A stretch of DNA of 63,971 bases, filler included, from Circinaria calcarea (lineage: Eukaryota), in assembly GCA_051942165.1 (NCBI GenBank). It is 4 parts of 4 records of this genome, joined end to end, with 100 filler letters (N's around TTAATTAATTAA, not from the genome) between each part and the next. Parts side by side here need not be neighbours in the genome. Positions count along the whole stretch, not along the records: positions 33,309 to 49,860 come from JAVECS010000318.1; positions 49,961 to 63,971 come from JAVECS010000461.1; 2 more parts are not named here. The stretch is one strand, 5' to 3'. The translations under genes were made by a program, and so were the position numbers. The notes under the pieces are model-generated. The model saw only the letters and a list, made by a program, of their open reading frames with translations. It made no database searches and was not told the origin of the DNA. Within the stretch, counting starts at the first letter, position 1; every line of letters starts with the position of its first letter. Positions 46,495-59,571 of this stretch are shown piece by piece.

Positions 46495-47441
46495 ATGCCG
46501 GGCTTCGATTTCTCCAACTACAACCGCAACGCCGCCCTCCACGCCAAAGGCGTCCCTCTGCCCAAAGCTACCAGCACCGGAACCACCATCGTCGGCTGCA
46601 TCTTCGACGGTGGCGTCGTTATTGCTGCTGACACCCGAGCGACCTCCGGTCCCATTGTCGCAGACAAGGCATGTCCCCCTTACCCCCCCCCAAAAACAAA
46701 ACCCCATTCTCACCTTCCCTTTCCATCCACACATACATTACCTCCCCCTCCTCTCCCTCATCCCCTTAAATCTAACATCTGGCCCAGAACTGCGAAAAAC
46801 TGCACTACATTGCGCCGCAAATCTGGTGCGCGGGTGCCGGCACGGCCGCCGACACCGAATTCACCACCGCCCTGGTCTCCTCCAACCTTGAGCTGCACGC
46901 GCTGTCGACAGGCCGCCGGCCCCGCGTCGTCACCTGCATGACGATGCTGAAGCAGCACCTCTTCCGCTACCAGGGCCACATTGGCGCCTACCTCGTCGTC
47001 GCCGGCGTCGACCCCACCGGCGTCGGCCTCTTCACCGTGCACGCCCACGGCAGCACCGACAAGCTGCCCTACGTCACCATGGGCAGCGGCTCCCTGGCCG
47101 CCATGGCCGTCTTCGAGACGCACTGGACCCCGGCCCTGAGCCGGGACGCGGCCGTCGGGCTGGCGGCCGAGGCCATCCAGGCCGGCATCTTCAACGACCT
47201 GGGCTCCGGCTCCAACGTGGACGTGTGCGTCATCACGGCCGAGAAAGCGACGCTGCTGCGCAACTACATCACCCCCAACGTGCGGGAGCAGAAGCAGCGG
47301 AGTTACCGCTTCCAGCCGGGGACGACGGCCGTGTTGAACGAAAAGGTCATCACGAGGGAGGAAATTGGGCGGTACGTGACTGTGCAGGAGTTATCATCGG
47401 ATGATGATGTCGTGGTGGTGGAGAAGATGGATATTGATTGA
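46495..47441 (+). CDS. PUP1: 20S proteasome subunit beta-2; exons 46495-46668, 46788-47441 (GC-AG intron)
   Basis: [12 protein letters not shown]...TSTG|TTIVG propeptide junction, [39 protein letters not shown] and [14 protein letters not shown]. Confidence 0.95.
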
Positions 47442-48193
47442 TGCTTGAAGAAAGAAGCCTTTCTGTTCTGGGAAAAAGGGGAGTGAGTGGATCGATCGGC
47501 CTTTTGTATGTATTGTTATCATCATCGGGGCTGTATGTACCATCATCTATCTATCCGGGTTTTTACCATTTGGTATTGGGTGTTGGTGTTTAGAAGGCCT
47601 GCCTTGTTATTTGTCCTACGACTGGCAGGCATATTCGTTGACCATACATAATACAACAACAAAAACAACAACGACAGCTCAATGCATATACATAACATAC
47701 AACTAATTAATAGATTCTTTGCCACCTCAAAATCGCATCGTATCTATCCCCCTGGAAAATGGTTGGTTCATTTTGCCATTCATTGGATGAAAAAAAAAAA
47801 AAAAAAAAAAAGGAAACCCAGAAAAGACTCCATTGTTACTTACAGGTATGTATGGCAGGGAGGAGGGAGGGAGGGGCTTGATTGAGCAATGAATGAATAA
47901 ATGCATTAAGAAAGACGGGTATTCAATATGTACATACATACACAATAGTCGATATATTTATTGTGTAAGTAATGTAACCTCTACGGTAGATAGATATATG
48001 GATGGGTTCGCAAAGTGCGAACGAACGAAAGAAGCCAAGGGGAAAGAAAAACTCTGCATGCAGCCCATGCTAGTTAGTACTAATATATGGGCAGTAGAGA
48101 ACTTCTTTCTGCATAGTATATATACGGGTAGGTAGGTATGCTTGGCTCTCTCTCTCTCTATTTAACATCCATCTATTATTCATTCTTATTCAT

Positions 48194-49860
48194 TCATTCG
48201 ATCAACATCTTCCGAAAATACACCCCTCTCCTTTCCCGTTCCCTGACGCCGGAAAACTTCCTCCACATCGACTCCCGGTACACCCGACTCCGCACCACCC
48301 GCCCCCGCCACACGTACACCATCCGATCGATCTCCTCGGCCACCTTGTCGCCTTCGACCTGCCGGACGATGGCGAGGATCCTCTTCAGGCTGGCGCTGCT
48401 GACCCAGAGCCCGGCTTCGAGGTAGCGGATGATGCCGGCGACGACCATGGCCTCGGTCATCTGCGGTTCCACGAGGTCGAAGCGGCCGACGAACTGGTGG
48501 AAGCAGCGCATCACTTTGCGGAGGGCCTCGCGCGGGCTCAAGTGCGCCGCTTGGGCGAAGGCCAGGGCCATGTCGTGGAGGAGCAGGGCCTGATTGTGCT
48601 GCAAGGAGAGCGGTCGCGATTCCCGGAGACATCGCTTGGTCGCTTGTAAATTAGGGCTATCCCGGTAAAAGAGATTGAGGGGAGCGCCGGGCCGGACCTT
48701 TGGATCGGAAATGATGGCGTCCATCAATCCGGGGCAGTCGGCTATCCGTAGGGGCTTCCATGCTCGGAACAGCTTGAGGGCAAAAACCGGATTGATCTTG
48801 GAATGCTCACCGACTTCGTATGCCAAAACACTAGCGCCGATTGAAAAATGTCTATTGTGTAGATATCTAACTATTAGCAGGATGTCTTTCGGCTTACCGA
48901 GTTGACGTAAATCCGATAATACACCTGGCAGAGAGGTCCTGAGTTGTGAGGGATATGACACAAGCATGTTCTGTATTATGTTGATATAAGACTCCTCTAC
49001 TCCAGGCTGGTTGCTGGAACTGCTAGCTGGTTTTGTACCTTGTAAAATGAGACGTTTACTGTCTGTACACGATGGATTTATCGCATTTTTCTTCTGAACT
49101 GGCATGGAACGCCCATTTTGTGCCTGCAAATTCATGTATTCCTGAAGGAATGGAGGAGTCTGTCCTTCTCCGAATAGTCGGAGATAGAGCATCACGAGCC
49201 CTGGCTGTAGGGTGGTTAAGTGTTCTTCGATGACTAGCCACCTTTTCAGGAATCTCGAGTTCTTCCTTGCTCGTTGGAACAAATCAATCCCTAACATAGA
49301 GAGCCAGTCTCTGACTTGAATGTAGCGCCAATCTACAGTCGAATCATCATCGCTGCACCCTAGGATTATATCAGCGCTGAGCCTTGTTACGCATTCAGCC
49401 GACGTATGGTTCGGAAGGTCGTTCAATAACTGTAGCAATCGCGGAAAATCTGCTCTGCATGTATGATCCTGTATAGTTGCGTCCGGTGTGTCCTCTCGAT
49501 ACCCAGATACCCGCTTCATGAACTCTAATATGAGCGGTACCATCTCTTTCGACTTCTGCCTATCCAGTACTGAGGCTATAGCTATTATCATTTGTGTTCC
49601 CTGGTCAACAGGGGCAATTCGAGCTGCGGCCTGAACGAAGATGCGAAGAGTATCAAGTTGTAGATCTCGCAAATTGTGAGAGGGAGACGACCAAAGTCCA
49701 TTCCATACGCTCCAATAAACTTGCCAGTCCAAGGGCGGAGATACTTGCTGTGACTTATTGCCGGTAATGTGCGGCTCATTGCAGGTGTTGTGTGGCTCAT
49801 TGCCAGTGTTCTGCGGCTCATTGTCGATATTCTGCAGCTCATTGTCGGTATTCTGCAGCT
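48194..49860 (-). CDS. Helical-repeat (PPR-like) conserved fungal protein, 5' end lost in the gap
   Basis: The frame stays open from the gap to the stop at 48194. The C-terminal LLHDMALAFA...ALRKVMRC...VRQVEG..VAEEID..V..WRG block looks conserved. The PPR-like call is tentative. Confidence 0.6.
49773..49860. repeat. 21-bp coding tandem repeat (at least 4 units) running into the gap
   Basis: Units (G/A)GCTCATTG-N12, encoding NE(L/P)(Q/H)N(T/I)(D/G/C) in the frame of the gene ending at 48194. Confidence 0.85.
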
Positions 49861-49960
49861 NNNNNNNNNNNNNNNNNNNNNNNNNNNNNNNNNNNNNNNN
49901 NNNNTTAATTAATTAANNNNNNNNNNNNNNNNNNNNNNNNNNNNNNNNNNNNNNNNNNNN
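49861..49960. other. Artificial contig linker N44-TTAATTAATTAA-N44
   Basis: Same 100-nt structure as the other two gaps. Confidence 0.97.
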
Positions 49961-50621
49961 GGGAAGGAGGAGAGGGAGGGCAAGAGTAAGCTGTAGGATT
50001 AGGTGGCCTGGGTGAGGTTGAAACAAAGATGGGAAAGAGAAGTGGAATGGAAAGGGAAGGGAGATGGAGACGAGGAGAAGTAAGCTATAGATGGGCTCCG
50101 ATGCGGTTCTGGGCACGCAGCCAGGGGTCATATACCTGTTGGAAATTTAGTTCCGTTGTAGATATTCGCGGAACTGCATCGTAAACACGAGAATGGGCAA
50201 TGTACTGTGGTCGCAAGGCATAACAAAACTGTTAGCGCACGGGTTTCGACCAACTAACTCCGATATGCTCAGCAAAAAAGGCTGTATAAATAAATTCTTT
50301 TTTCAAAAAAAAAGAGATATAATAATGGACGGGCATTCCTCCGGTGGTATATATTCCGTACTATGAAAAAATCATCAAATTGTCCTTTGGGGGTTGGCTG
50401 CCTTTTATAATTTATGGTATTGCCAGAGGAGCAACGGCTATGGTAACAGAATGTTACCATATCATATTGCCTGCGACCAAAATGTAAAAATATACCATAC
50501 CAGTAGATATTTTCAAAAGCTTCAGCCCTTCGAGAAAGCACTAAAATAAAAACAAGATTTTGATTCCTCGGGCGGCAAGTTTTTTTTTTTCTTCGAAGAG
50601 CTTGGGTTTTTTCTGATCTAA

Positions 50622-50660
50622 ACTCGACTTGACTCGACTCGACTCGACTCGACTCGACTT
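50622..50660. repeat. (GACTC)n pentanucleotide microsatellite
   Basis: ACTCGACTTGACTCGACTCGACTCGACTCGACTCGACTT. Confidence 0.9.
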
Positions 50661-51175
50661 GGTCAGGGTACGAGTTCTTGGTTTATAGCTTCGTGGTTAT
50701 TTTCGGTAGGGTAGGTGGGGGGGGAGGGGTTGGACGTTGTTCAAATTCTCAAAGGAGAGAAGACCTTGGTTCATTGTCTTATGGAACAACAACTGCATAA
50801 TGCTAGGCTCTGTCTCTCTCTCTCTCTCTCTCGATTATTACCCCCCCCCTTTTACCCCCTAATTATCCCATCCTATACCAAGGTTAAACAGACAGACAGC
50901 AAGGAAAGGAAACCTTCCCGAAAATAAGAAGTAGATAAATCCAAATATTCTTTTTCCAATTATGGTAGCGACCTATAAAAGTAGGAGGAGACCTTTAAGG
51001 AGGGGGTATATACTATCCTATATGCCGAAAAAAAAAAAGGGGGGGGGGGGAAGAAAAGAGCCCAGAACCCTAGAATCCGGGCACACAAGGAATCAAACGC
51101 CCGCTAATGCAAAATGCCTCCATCCATTCGACCAAACCCCTAGGATCTCCCTTGGCCCCCAGAGATCAATTCAGA

Positions 51176-52517
51176 TCATAAACCCCCTGGCCAGCCCTCC
51201 GTCTGTCCCCTTACGATCCTGGGCACCCCCTCTGCCTCCAATTCCCCACCCATCCTCTGCCGGCCCCTCCCCGCTGCCAACTCCACCTGCACCCGCTGAC
51301 TGCCCTCCAGCTCCGCCTCTCTCCTGCCCCGATCCTCCAGCTCTAATTCCGTTCTCCGTCCACTAGTGCTGACATCGTACGAGTATTCTTCCTCCTCCGG
51401 CCGGTAGACTCCTCCTGGATGATAGGGTTCTTCTTTGACGGGCATGCCGCGGATGAAGCCGTCGCGCTCGAGGGGATGAATTTCGCTCAAGGGTAGGTCG
51501 GCGACGGGGTGTGGTGGGGTGCGCGTGTTGACGATGACGGGGGGCGTGCGACTGTTTTCGCGGGAGCGCATATCCTGGCTACGTGCACGGGCACGCTCGA
51601 GCGTTTGCTGCTTGCGGTCGATGGGGACTTCTTGCACTTTTCCATGCATGAGGGAGAATTGCTCTTCGAGCGGGATGGAACTCAGGCTGCGTCGGGTGCT
51701 TTCATGGATGTGGGAGGGAGGGGAGAGGTAGGAGGTGGATTGTTTGGCTTCCCGGCCGTGTTTGAGGGCATCGGGGAGGTCGATCCAGAATGTGCTTTGA
51801 CTCGCTGCCGAACTGCTCTTCTTGTCGCCTTCTTTCTGGAGGAGAAGACGGAGGAGTTGTTGGCGTTGGAGCTCGGTTTCGGGGAGGAGGTTTATGGATT
51901 CGGAACCGTTGCGGCGGTGCATGGTATCTCGACTCCGGACTACAGCGAGCTTACGGAACGACCAGAGTGAAAGGCCCGAGTAGATGATGGTTGAGGCTAC
52001 GGCAAGAGCGAGTGCTGAGATGGAGGATGTGCTCCATTGGGATTTGGTGGCTGAATGTACGCCAAGGGATATGCCAATGTTCAGCAGACCCAGGAGGCAA
52101 GAACTGAGGCATGGTCTATAGTGGTGACCGGTTAAACTTGCGAGGAGGACTAGTGCGAGGGGGAACGAGAACGTACATAAAGAGCACATCGAATTGAAAC
52201 AGCGTGCTCGTGCAGAGGAACCAGAGAGCGACAGATAGGGAGTAGCCCAGGGCAAGAAGCACAAGAGCCACGATACTTAGGACGCCCTGGCTGGCCGTGA
52301 TATTCGTAGCTGGCTGAAAGGAGAAGGGGAAAACGAGGAAGCTATCAGTTGTCAGTTGCTACATGGTCGGTCGGGTGTGGACTGGTCGAGCTTACCCTGT
52401 GAGTATCATAGAGGCTGAAAGCATTCCCAGTATCCGCCAGTACCATCGCGTATGCTCTCTCTCTGTGTACAGATCGTATACCGTCCTCCGCGACTGCCAC
52501 TTCGGCAAGGGAGCCAT
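51176..52517 (-). CDS. Four-TM fungal membrane protein with a long cytosolic tail; exons 52517-52396, 52341-52177, 52115-51176
   Basis: Spliced MAPLPKW...WYWRILGMLSASMILTGFLVFP...SIVALVLLALGYSLS...FDVLFIPCLSSCLLGLLN; introns GTAAGC...GATAG and GTACGT...TATAG; tail motif LLPETELQRQQLLRLL. Confidence 0.75.
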
Positions 52518-53665
52518 CGGTAAGACGGATGCGACAGGTACAATCTACTGTCGGCGAGCTCCACGGTCCAGCTGTAAATAATATTTTCGATGCAGTCGAT
52601 CCGATATAGGCCCCAACGGGAAAAGGACCACGCAAGATGGCAGGACCCGTGTGGAAGGACGTTTAAAACCGGGTTGCCAGCTAGAGAAAGGCGCTGCCAG
52701 TCCTGCGAGTGAGTCCTGCAGATTCCTCAGGTTCGAAGTAGTTCGCCCGGCACATCCGGTATGGCTCAATGATGGATGGATGGAGGATGTGGTGGCTGTC
52801 TTGTCTGCCTTATAGGAATGAAGTCGAAAGTCTCGGTATTTGCAGAGACCTGGCACCTGGCGCTCAGCAGGTTGGCTGTGCCCCCGGCGTGGTGGAGGCC
52901 TAGTCGAGGAGGTTAGACTCGAGAGACCATCCCCCTGTCGCTAAGCCTGCCCGCTGAATGGTCAATTTGCTGCCCTCGCTACCACAAGGCTGATCCTACA
53001 AACGGTTTTAATTAGCCCTGCGTAGCCGCCCGGAATCGAAGCGTGAAATATCACCTTTCCGTGGGCTGTACACAGGACTGATTCCAATGCGCTGCACGTT
53101 GCACTAAGAATACAAACGTTAAGAGATCCATAGGAAATGTCATCAGCTTCCCATTAGCTATACTGAGAGCTCAGGTACGATGGCTATATTTGTCACTCAT
53201 GGGCGAGGAAAGTTCCGTCACCATGCCGAGCTCGATATGAGCCCCCAGTCACCATTAACAAAGAGTAATAGTCGGTGTAAGATGCGATTGTGAGGTAATG
53301 TCCTACAAGTACGAGACTGATCGGATCACATATGACGCACTTGATCCTGCAGCGTATCTGCTCACCAACCTGGATAATGCCAGAGCTGCATCTTTGAGTA
53401 CTTCTATGCTCACAGCTCCAAGAAAATTTGACTCCCGTTTAGACGGCATCTTATTCACGAGTGTAGGATCGCGCCGCGCTTGAGCTTTACGAATATGAAT
53501 AGAATTCGCACTTCTGCAGATAGGGGTATCGAGTAGTCGCTAATGATAGTCATAAAGTCATGAGCCCATCCCGCAAGCGCATCTGTACCCAACGCTGACT
53601 CCAAAACCGTCTCCAACGTGGTTCCGACAGTGTCGCAGTCGGTTAACGACTGAGGATCTTGTCCA

Positions 53666-55017
53666 TTAGGCCAGTCCTGTATACCATATATTTACAAGCA
53701 CGGTGGCGGCTAGCGCCCAATATACTCCGTCGCCAGCCGAAAGTCCAAGGCCTGCACTGTTCGACCTAATCAATGTGATGTTCGAGGTATCTGCCAATAA
53801 CGAGGGTGTAACGCGCCCAGAACTCGCCAGCTGATGAAGCTGGGCCGAGAGCGTTGCGAGGATGTTAGATGATCGGCCTGGAGGGCAAAAGACCACCTGA
53901 AAACCACCGCCTTCGGGAATAATGAACGTGGACGTTTGATCATCGAAGGCTAATATATCATAAGTATTTTCATCCGGCTTGATAACGCTGGTACTTACCA
54001 TAGCTATATGCGTCAGGGCAGATCCTCTTCGCATCCCTGCTGTATAAACTCGGCTTACACACATTGGGACTGTCGTAGGAACCCGTACAACAATCGCTCG
54101 GTTTATTGTACCTTGCGCATGCCGAGTAACATGGATTAAACAGGGGACGTTGGATATTATCGTCAGGGTATGGGTAAACGCCATCGCCTGGCTTGGATGG
54201 CGGTGATAACTGCAAGTCCCAAGGACACCAACGCTGCACATATGAGTTCGTCACAGTATTTTCGAGAGGTATAGGGTAGGATGAGTTGGAGCCAAAGGTC
54301 GTCTCTGCTGTAGAGCTTGATTCGGCAAGGAGTGCTGCCGTACCGATACATATAGGATTCGTGAGATTAGGAGGAATGTCCGTAAGTGATGGGTCGTCTG
54401 ATTCGGGATAGAGCGAGACAATTGCCATAGGTAGGTTGTAGCCGTCCACGAGAGAAATGTCGTAAAACGTCTGCCTACTAGCGGAGGCCAACGTGAATTC
54501 TGCAAGACTGACAGGTGTTTGACCCTAGTAAATTTTAGCAAAGGAGATCTTTACACATCATTCCAGAGGCTCCAGTTCTTACCGTGACACGACAATCCAC
54601 GATGCCATTGCAGTCCCCGGTTCCACAAGCCCTGCCGCTACCGTCGTTGCCTCCAGAATTCCGAGGTCCAGTACCAGCCGCGTTGAAGCTACAATTTGTC
54701 CTTCCCCATACTCGGCCCTGCCAATCGGCACCCACCGTCAAGTTCCTTGTCTCCCCGGTACCGAGTCGAAAGCCTGAAATGCTTGGCGCTGTTCCTGACT
54801 GGGTTGCGATGGCAGGATAGATGACTTCTTTGCATTGGTTCGTGACTGACAGCGGTCGAGTTTCGTCGCGCTGGCTGACATAGTGGATTGGAGAGCTTTT
54901 CATGTGATGTAAAGCACCCGAAAGAGGCAGAGATGAGAGAAGGAACAGCTTGATGAACAAGTTGAGATCGTGAGAAAGGGCTGGGCGACACCGCCATGCG
55001 GAATCCGAGGAAGTCAT
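53666..55017 (-). CDS. Thaumatin-like (PR5/osmotin) protein with a hydrophobic C-terminal anchor; exons 55017-54583, 54524-53999, 53949-53666
   Basis: Motifs WQGRVWGRTNC, CGTGDC, SLAEFTL, FYDISLVDGYNLPM, CPDAYSYAFDDQTSTF and FQVVFCP. Confidence 0.92.
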
Positions 55018-55905
55018 GCTTTGGAGGAACTTGGGACAGAGATTATTAATGGAGTCGAAGGTTTCGACGCGTCAATGCGATGACTCGAGAAAGAATAAGG
55101 TAGAACTGGAAACGCGGGGGCTTTGTCTTTGTACTGCTTCTCAAACAAGGCGTTAAATCTGACAGGAGAGATGCAGGGTATCTATCGTTGTTGATCAGCG
55201 ATAGCCAGTGATTCCGGAGTAATTGATGGCCAGCATCTTCCAGAGTCCTCTTAAACACTATTAGCCTGTAAACGAATGAAGATACTGAGGTATCCAAGAA
55301 CAACTTGGCGACAATGGTGATGGCAAGACTGCAATTGGAGAGAAGTGAGTAACTTTGTACTCCGTAAATAAAGCAGTGAAGATTAGGCGACGCGGACGTG
55401 CCTTCGTTATGTCACAGCTGCACAATGACGTCAAAGACTGAAACTCTGGTTGTGCCTGCATGAATGACTACCTGTACAGAGTCCATCTACTGGTATGGTA
55501 TGAGAAACTTCGTCTTCGAGGACCACTTGGATTGTTAACTATCTTCCCGACATACCCTCAGACTTATACACCACAAAGTACAAAGTGATTCGGCAAGAAT
55601 GTTTAGTGTAGTCTCCAACAAGCATTCGAAGACAGACAGACCATTTCTCTCCGTCGATTTGTCCATAAGCATACTGGCTACTAGAACATCGTTAATGGCG
55701 GATATACCCTCTCAATTTGAAGCCCCAATGCATTCTTTCCTTTCATGCTTCCATTGCCTTTCTCTGATGCGCCTCCCTCCCAGACTAATATGGAGAGACT
55801 GGGATGTACTTTTATTTAACAAGTTTTCGGAGGGACAGTTCTAAGTGAAGGTTGGTATTCTCCTATTCCTCGTTGTTGTCACGCCTCGAGCGTCTCATGC
55901 CGATC

Positions 55906-57082
55906 CTAAGCAAGAATTAAGGCTTCTGTGTTGGCTACTCTATCGCAGTATGTCAATGCACATTTTCCCCAGCATGGCATTCTCTTGTACTCCGCCACTT
56001 CATTAGGCCAGCCTCTAGCGTCAATTGAGAACGCCCTCAAATCTGTGATATTCAATTCCCCTAGGTAGGTCAATGAGGTCTCGACTTTGTGAAGAATAGC
56101 GTCGGAGAGAGGCAGTCGTCTGAAAGTTTGCGTTTCGCTGCGAATGAGAATTGTCTCGGGTCCTGACGGCTTCGTATCATATTTCAAGGCGTCTGATCGA
56201 CACAGAGTCTTTGTCATATCTGCATCAGGATCAACTACCTGTACGAAGTAAGCCGAACGGTCCTTGCTGGTGTCTGGAGCGACGTTGGATAAGAACCTGG
56301 GAAAGTGTGGGCGCCGTCGCCTGATCTTATTTCAAGAATAGCTCACCGCTCTACCAGATGATTAAGTTTATCTTGTCAAAGAGGTACAGGATTATGCAGC
56401 TTGTATATCGGCCATCTAATTGTTTCTTCGAGTGATCATCCGGCTGGGAAACACGTTGCACTGGCTATTCTGTTGTATCCATTAGCTTACCATGTACTGA
56501 AACTGGTACTTGGACGGAGCCAATGAACTTACAGAACATGCTGACCTTCAGCCATTTTAATCAAGATGTTAAAGTCCTCCATGGTTAGGGCTGCAGCGAT
56601 TTCTTAAGGCACTACCTCTTTGTACGGCGGATTAACTTATAGATTTCGCTGGTGGGGACCACTCTGACGGACTCCCCACTTGATTGACTTCTCATACGTT
56701 CGAAAGAATGGGGGTAATGGAACGTCAAATATCCAGCAATTAAGTTCAAGGCTTCCTCGCAGGCTTCCTCGGATCCGGGCAAACACCTGACTACAGCGCC
56801 CTTCAAGCTATTCATCAGTCCGACTCTCACTTTGTGTTCTTTCAGATAGTTATTGTCCGCATTCAACCACGTTTCAGTATCGGCTTTTCGAAGTCACATC
56901 GTCATATGGTATTTGCTGCTTGTTCTGAAGATTGGCTGCTCTCCATGGGGCCTGATCTTGACCTTGGATGGTGGTGACTTGTTACTAACGAGAGCTGAGA
57001 GCACCTTGGCCCACCAGCCGTGGTAGACGGTGAATAATACGGAAACGCCTGAGAAGAGCATCAAGACGGAGATGGGATTCAT
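55906..57082 (-). pseudogene. DUF3445 (heme-dependent oxidative N-demethylase alpha-like) pseudogene
   Basis: YHMTM*LRK...WLNADNNYL..H..R, ACEEAL..I..YL...YP..F, MEDFNIL, CFPAG and IRSETQTFRRLPLSDAIL, with in-frame stops (TGA at 56894-56896 and others downstream). Confidence 0.75.
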
Positions 57083-58461
57083 CCTGTTGAGATAGAGGTA
57101 TCTGACTATGGCAACATAAAGACCGAGGAACCCATACAGCTGAGGGTGAGGCGTATCGGGCCTTGGAAGGCCCCAAATGATTCCCATCATCTCTGCTTGA
57201 GCGGATATCTTCCCCAACAATGATTCAATTTTTGCGAAGGCGCCACAACCGCATTTTCGAGAGGGGGATTTTCACTGCATGGGGGCCCTCTGCCTAGCTG
57301 TCCTTGCATCGAGCTAGGCGTCGTATTCCGCGAATCTTATCCAGCTTTGGTGCATCTATTCAATCTTGCACTCAATGCGCGGTATCCATCGATGCTGGTA
57401 CCAAATGTGATGGAATAATCAAGCTTAGATCTCGCTTCGGTATGTTTTGAAGATTGCCAAGCAATATGTGTAGGGAAATGCTTGAGATCTCCTATTTGGC
57501 GCAGCTCATGCAGCCACTCGGAGGATGCAAGACAGCGGGAGATCAACCAGTGAGGTAGAATGCGCGGGAATTAATGCACGACACTACCGAGAAGAAGACT
57601 TGACAGCCAGTTCCGATATGGGAGAGATATACGGAAATCCGCCATTTCCGCCTTAATCATCAAGATCCACTACCTCACGCTTCGCATATTTAACGTGGGG
57701 TGCGTGGCGGCCATAAATTAGGACTGTCAAAGCGATAGACAAAGTACTTGCATCTGCGCCGTATTAACCTCAACGATACCCGTAGCTTCCGAGTCTCACT
57801 CTGCAGACCAATGTCAACGACACCACGGTGACTTAAGTGGGTACGCATGACGTGTGTAAGATTTGAGCAGCTACCAGTATCAGGTCAGTTATCTCGCACT
57901 TGGTCTACTTCCCTTCAAGCTGGGACGTATTTAGGCTACCAGTATGATGCGCAATATATATTTATTCTGGTTCATTAAATAAAACTCGGATCCTAGAGAT
58001 ATAGTACTAGCATTTTACATGACTCGTACAATAACGTTGAAACTTTAACAAGGGCAAAAGCACATTGTCCGCAATGGCTCTGCGTCAGGCCTACCCAATA
58101 AAGACGTCGACAGTATCGGGAAGGATATTGGTACCAGCAGGCTCTCTTGTTCTGTCAAGTTAGTACGGCCGCACGGCCATTTCGGCAAAGCCGGTTTTCA
58201 GGGAGCAGTGGCTAACGCGCGATGCGAGATAAATGGCCTAAGATATAAAGCTGGCGCTACGAGGGAATAATTAGGGGCGTTTTCGATAATAGAGAATCTG
58301 AGACGTTCTATAGCCATGACAAGAAAGATAGTTGGGATTATATATTTAATCTTGCGTAAGCGTTATGATTCTTAGTGGACTTAACCCTCTGACCCCTGTC
58401 CAATTGTCTTCGGGTAAATCAACCTTGCTGTTGCATGCTTCTTAATGCTGTTCGGGGTCGG

Positions 58462-58827
58462 TTACTTGTTCACTTTGTTTGGATCATAGCGTCCTTTATG
58501 ACTATTGCTTTTTTCACTTCCAGTCACATGTTCCTGCTTTACCATCAGATGACTCAAGCCTTTGAAAATCAAGATGATTGAAAACACAGACTGTATTATT
58601 CGCCTCTGACGCGTTAGGGTCATAGCTTCCTCCATAAGACTGAGCTGTTGAAGAGGCCAACTGGTTGCCGGTCATTGCGTTGGCGGTTTCCGAATTGTTA
58701 CTTGACTTATTTGGGTCATATCTTCCCTTATGAGCGCTCATTTTCTCATTGGGGTTACCCGACTAACTCGTATTCACTACGATCAGCATCCGGGATGATA
58801 TGTGTGTGAGTGTTTAAGACTTACCAT
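58462..58827 (-). CDS. 81-aa hydrophilic microprotein with three G-x-YDPN repeats; exons 58827-58825, 58762-58592, 58533-58462
   Basis: ATG|GTAAGT intron and a GTCTGT...AGCAG intron give MSGNPNEKMSAHKGRYDPNKSSNNSETANAMTGNQLASSTAQSYGGSYDPNASEANNTEHVTGSEKSNSHKGRYDPNKVNK*. The HKGRYDPNK copies differ only at synonymous codon positions. Confidence 0.7.
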
Positions 58828-59571
58828 GACAAAGGTGGGAGTTAGAATTTCCGCTGCTAACTGTTTGCTTCTGAGCTCAAGTTGTATTGGACTCAAGAGG
58901 CAGATACGAAGCTTGATTTTTCAAAATGCGAAAACGGAGGAGAGAGAAGGTTGAAGAGATTTTCAGAGAATCGAGAGGTAATAACTTTGCAGCGTTGTTC
59001 AGAGCCTCGGAGTCTCCGATTGGTAACAAGTAAATCATACATATATCTCGCATGATAGGTTATCTCATGCCTGTAAGTTTTGTTTGACATTGACGCCCGA
59101 TTGCTGTGGTCTTAGAGTTAATTTCCAGTTGTGCGACCTCGTCTGAGCGACTATTAGTGGGCTTGAAGTATATTGCTCCACACCGCCTTTGAAGTCTGAC
59201 CAAACGCTTCTAAGCGCATCAGAGATGGCATGTGACACATTAAATAACGAATCATTTTTAAGGAGAGGCTTTTCGACCATGGCATGTCTTCCATCATAAT
59301 GTCGATCATTATGACTTCGCCACCTAGGCCGCGAAACCAGTTTCAAATCTTACCGTACTGGGATGAGGCTCGCTGATTCGCTCTGCAGAGCCTCATGATC
59401 GACTCTCCACCGGCCCTATGCATTCCTAACACATGACACATAGCTATAGAAATGCCACTGCTAATAAGACTTCCCAAACATTGTCACCATTCTGGCTAAA
59501 ATACAATTCATTGCTAATTACTACTACACGAAGCCTTTCCTGACGATACAAGCTGGAACCGTAAACTTGCG

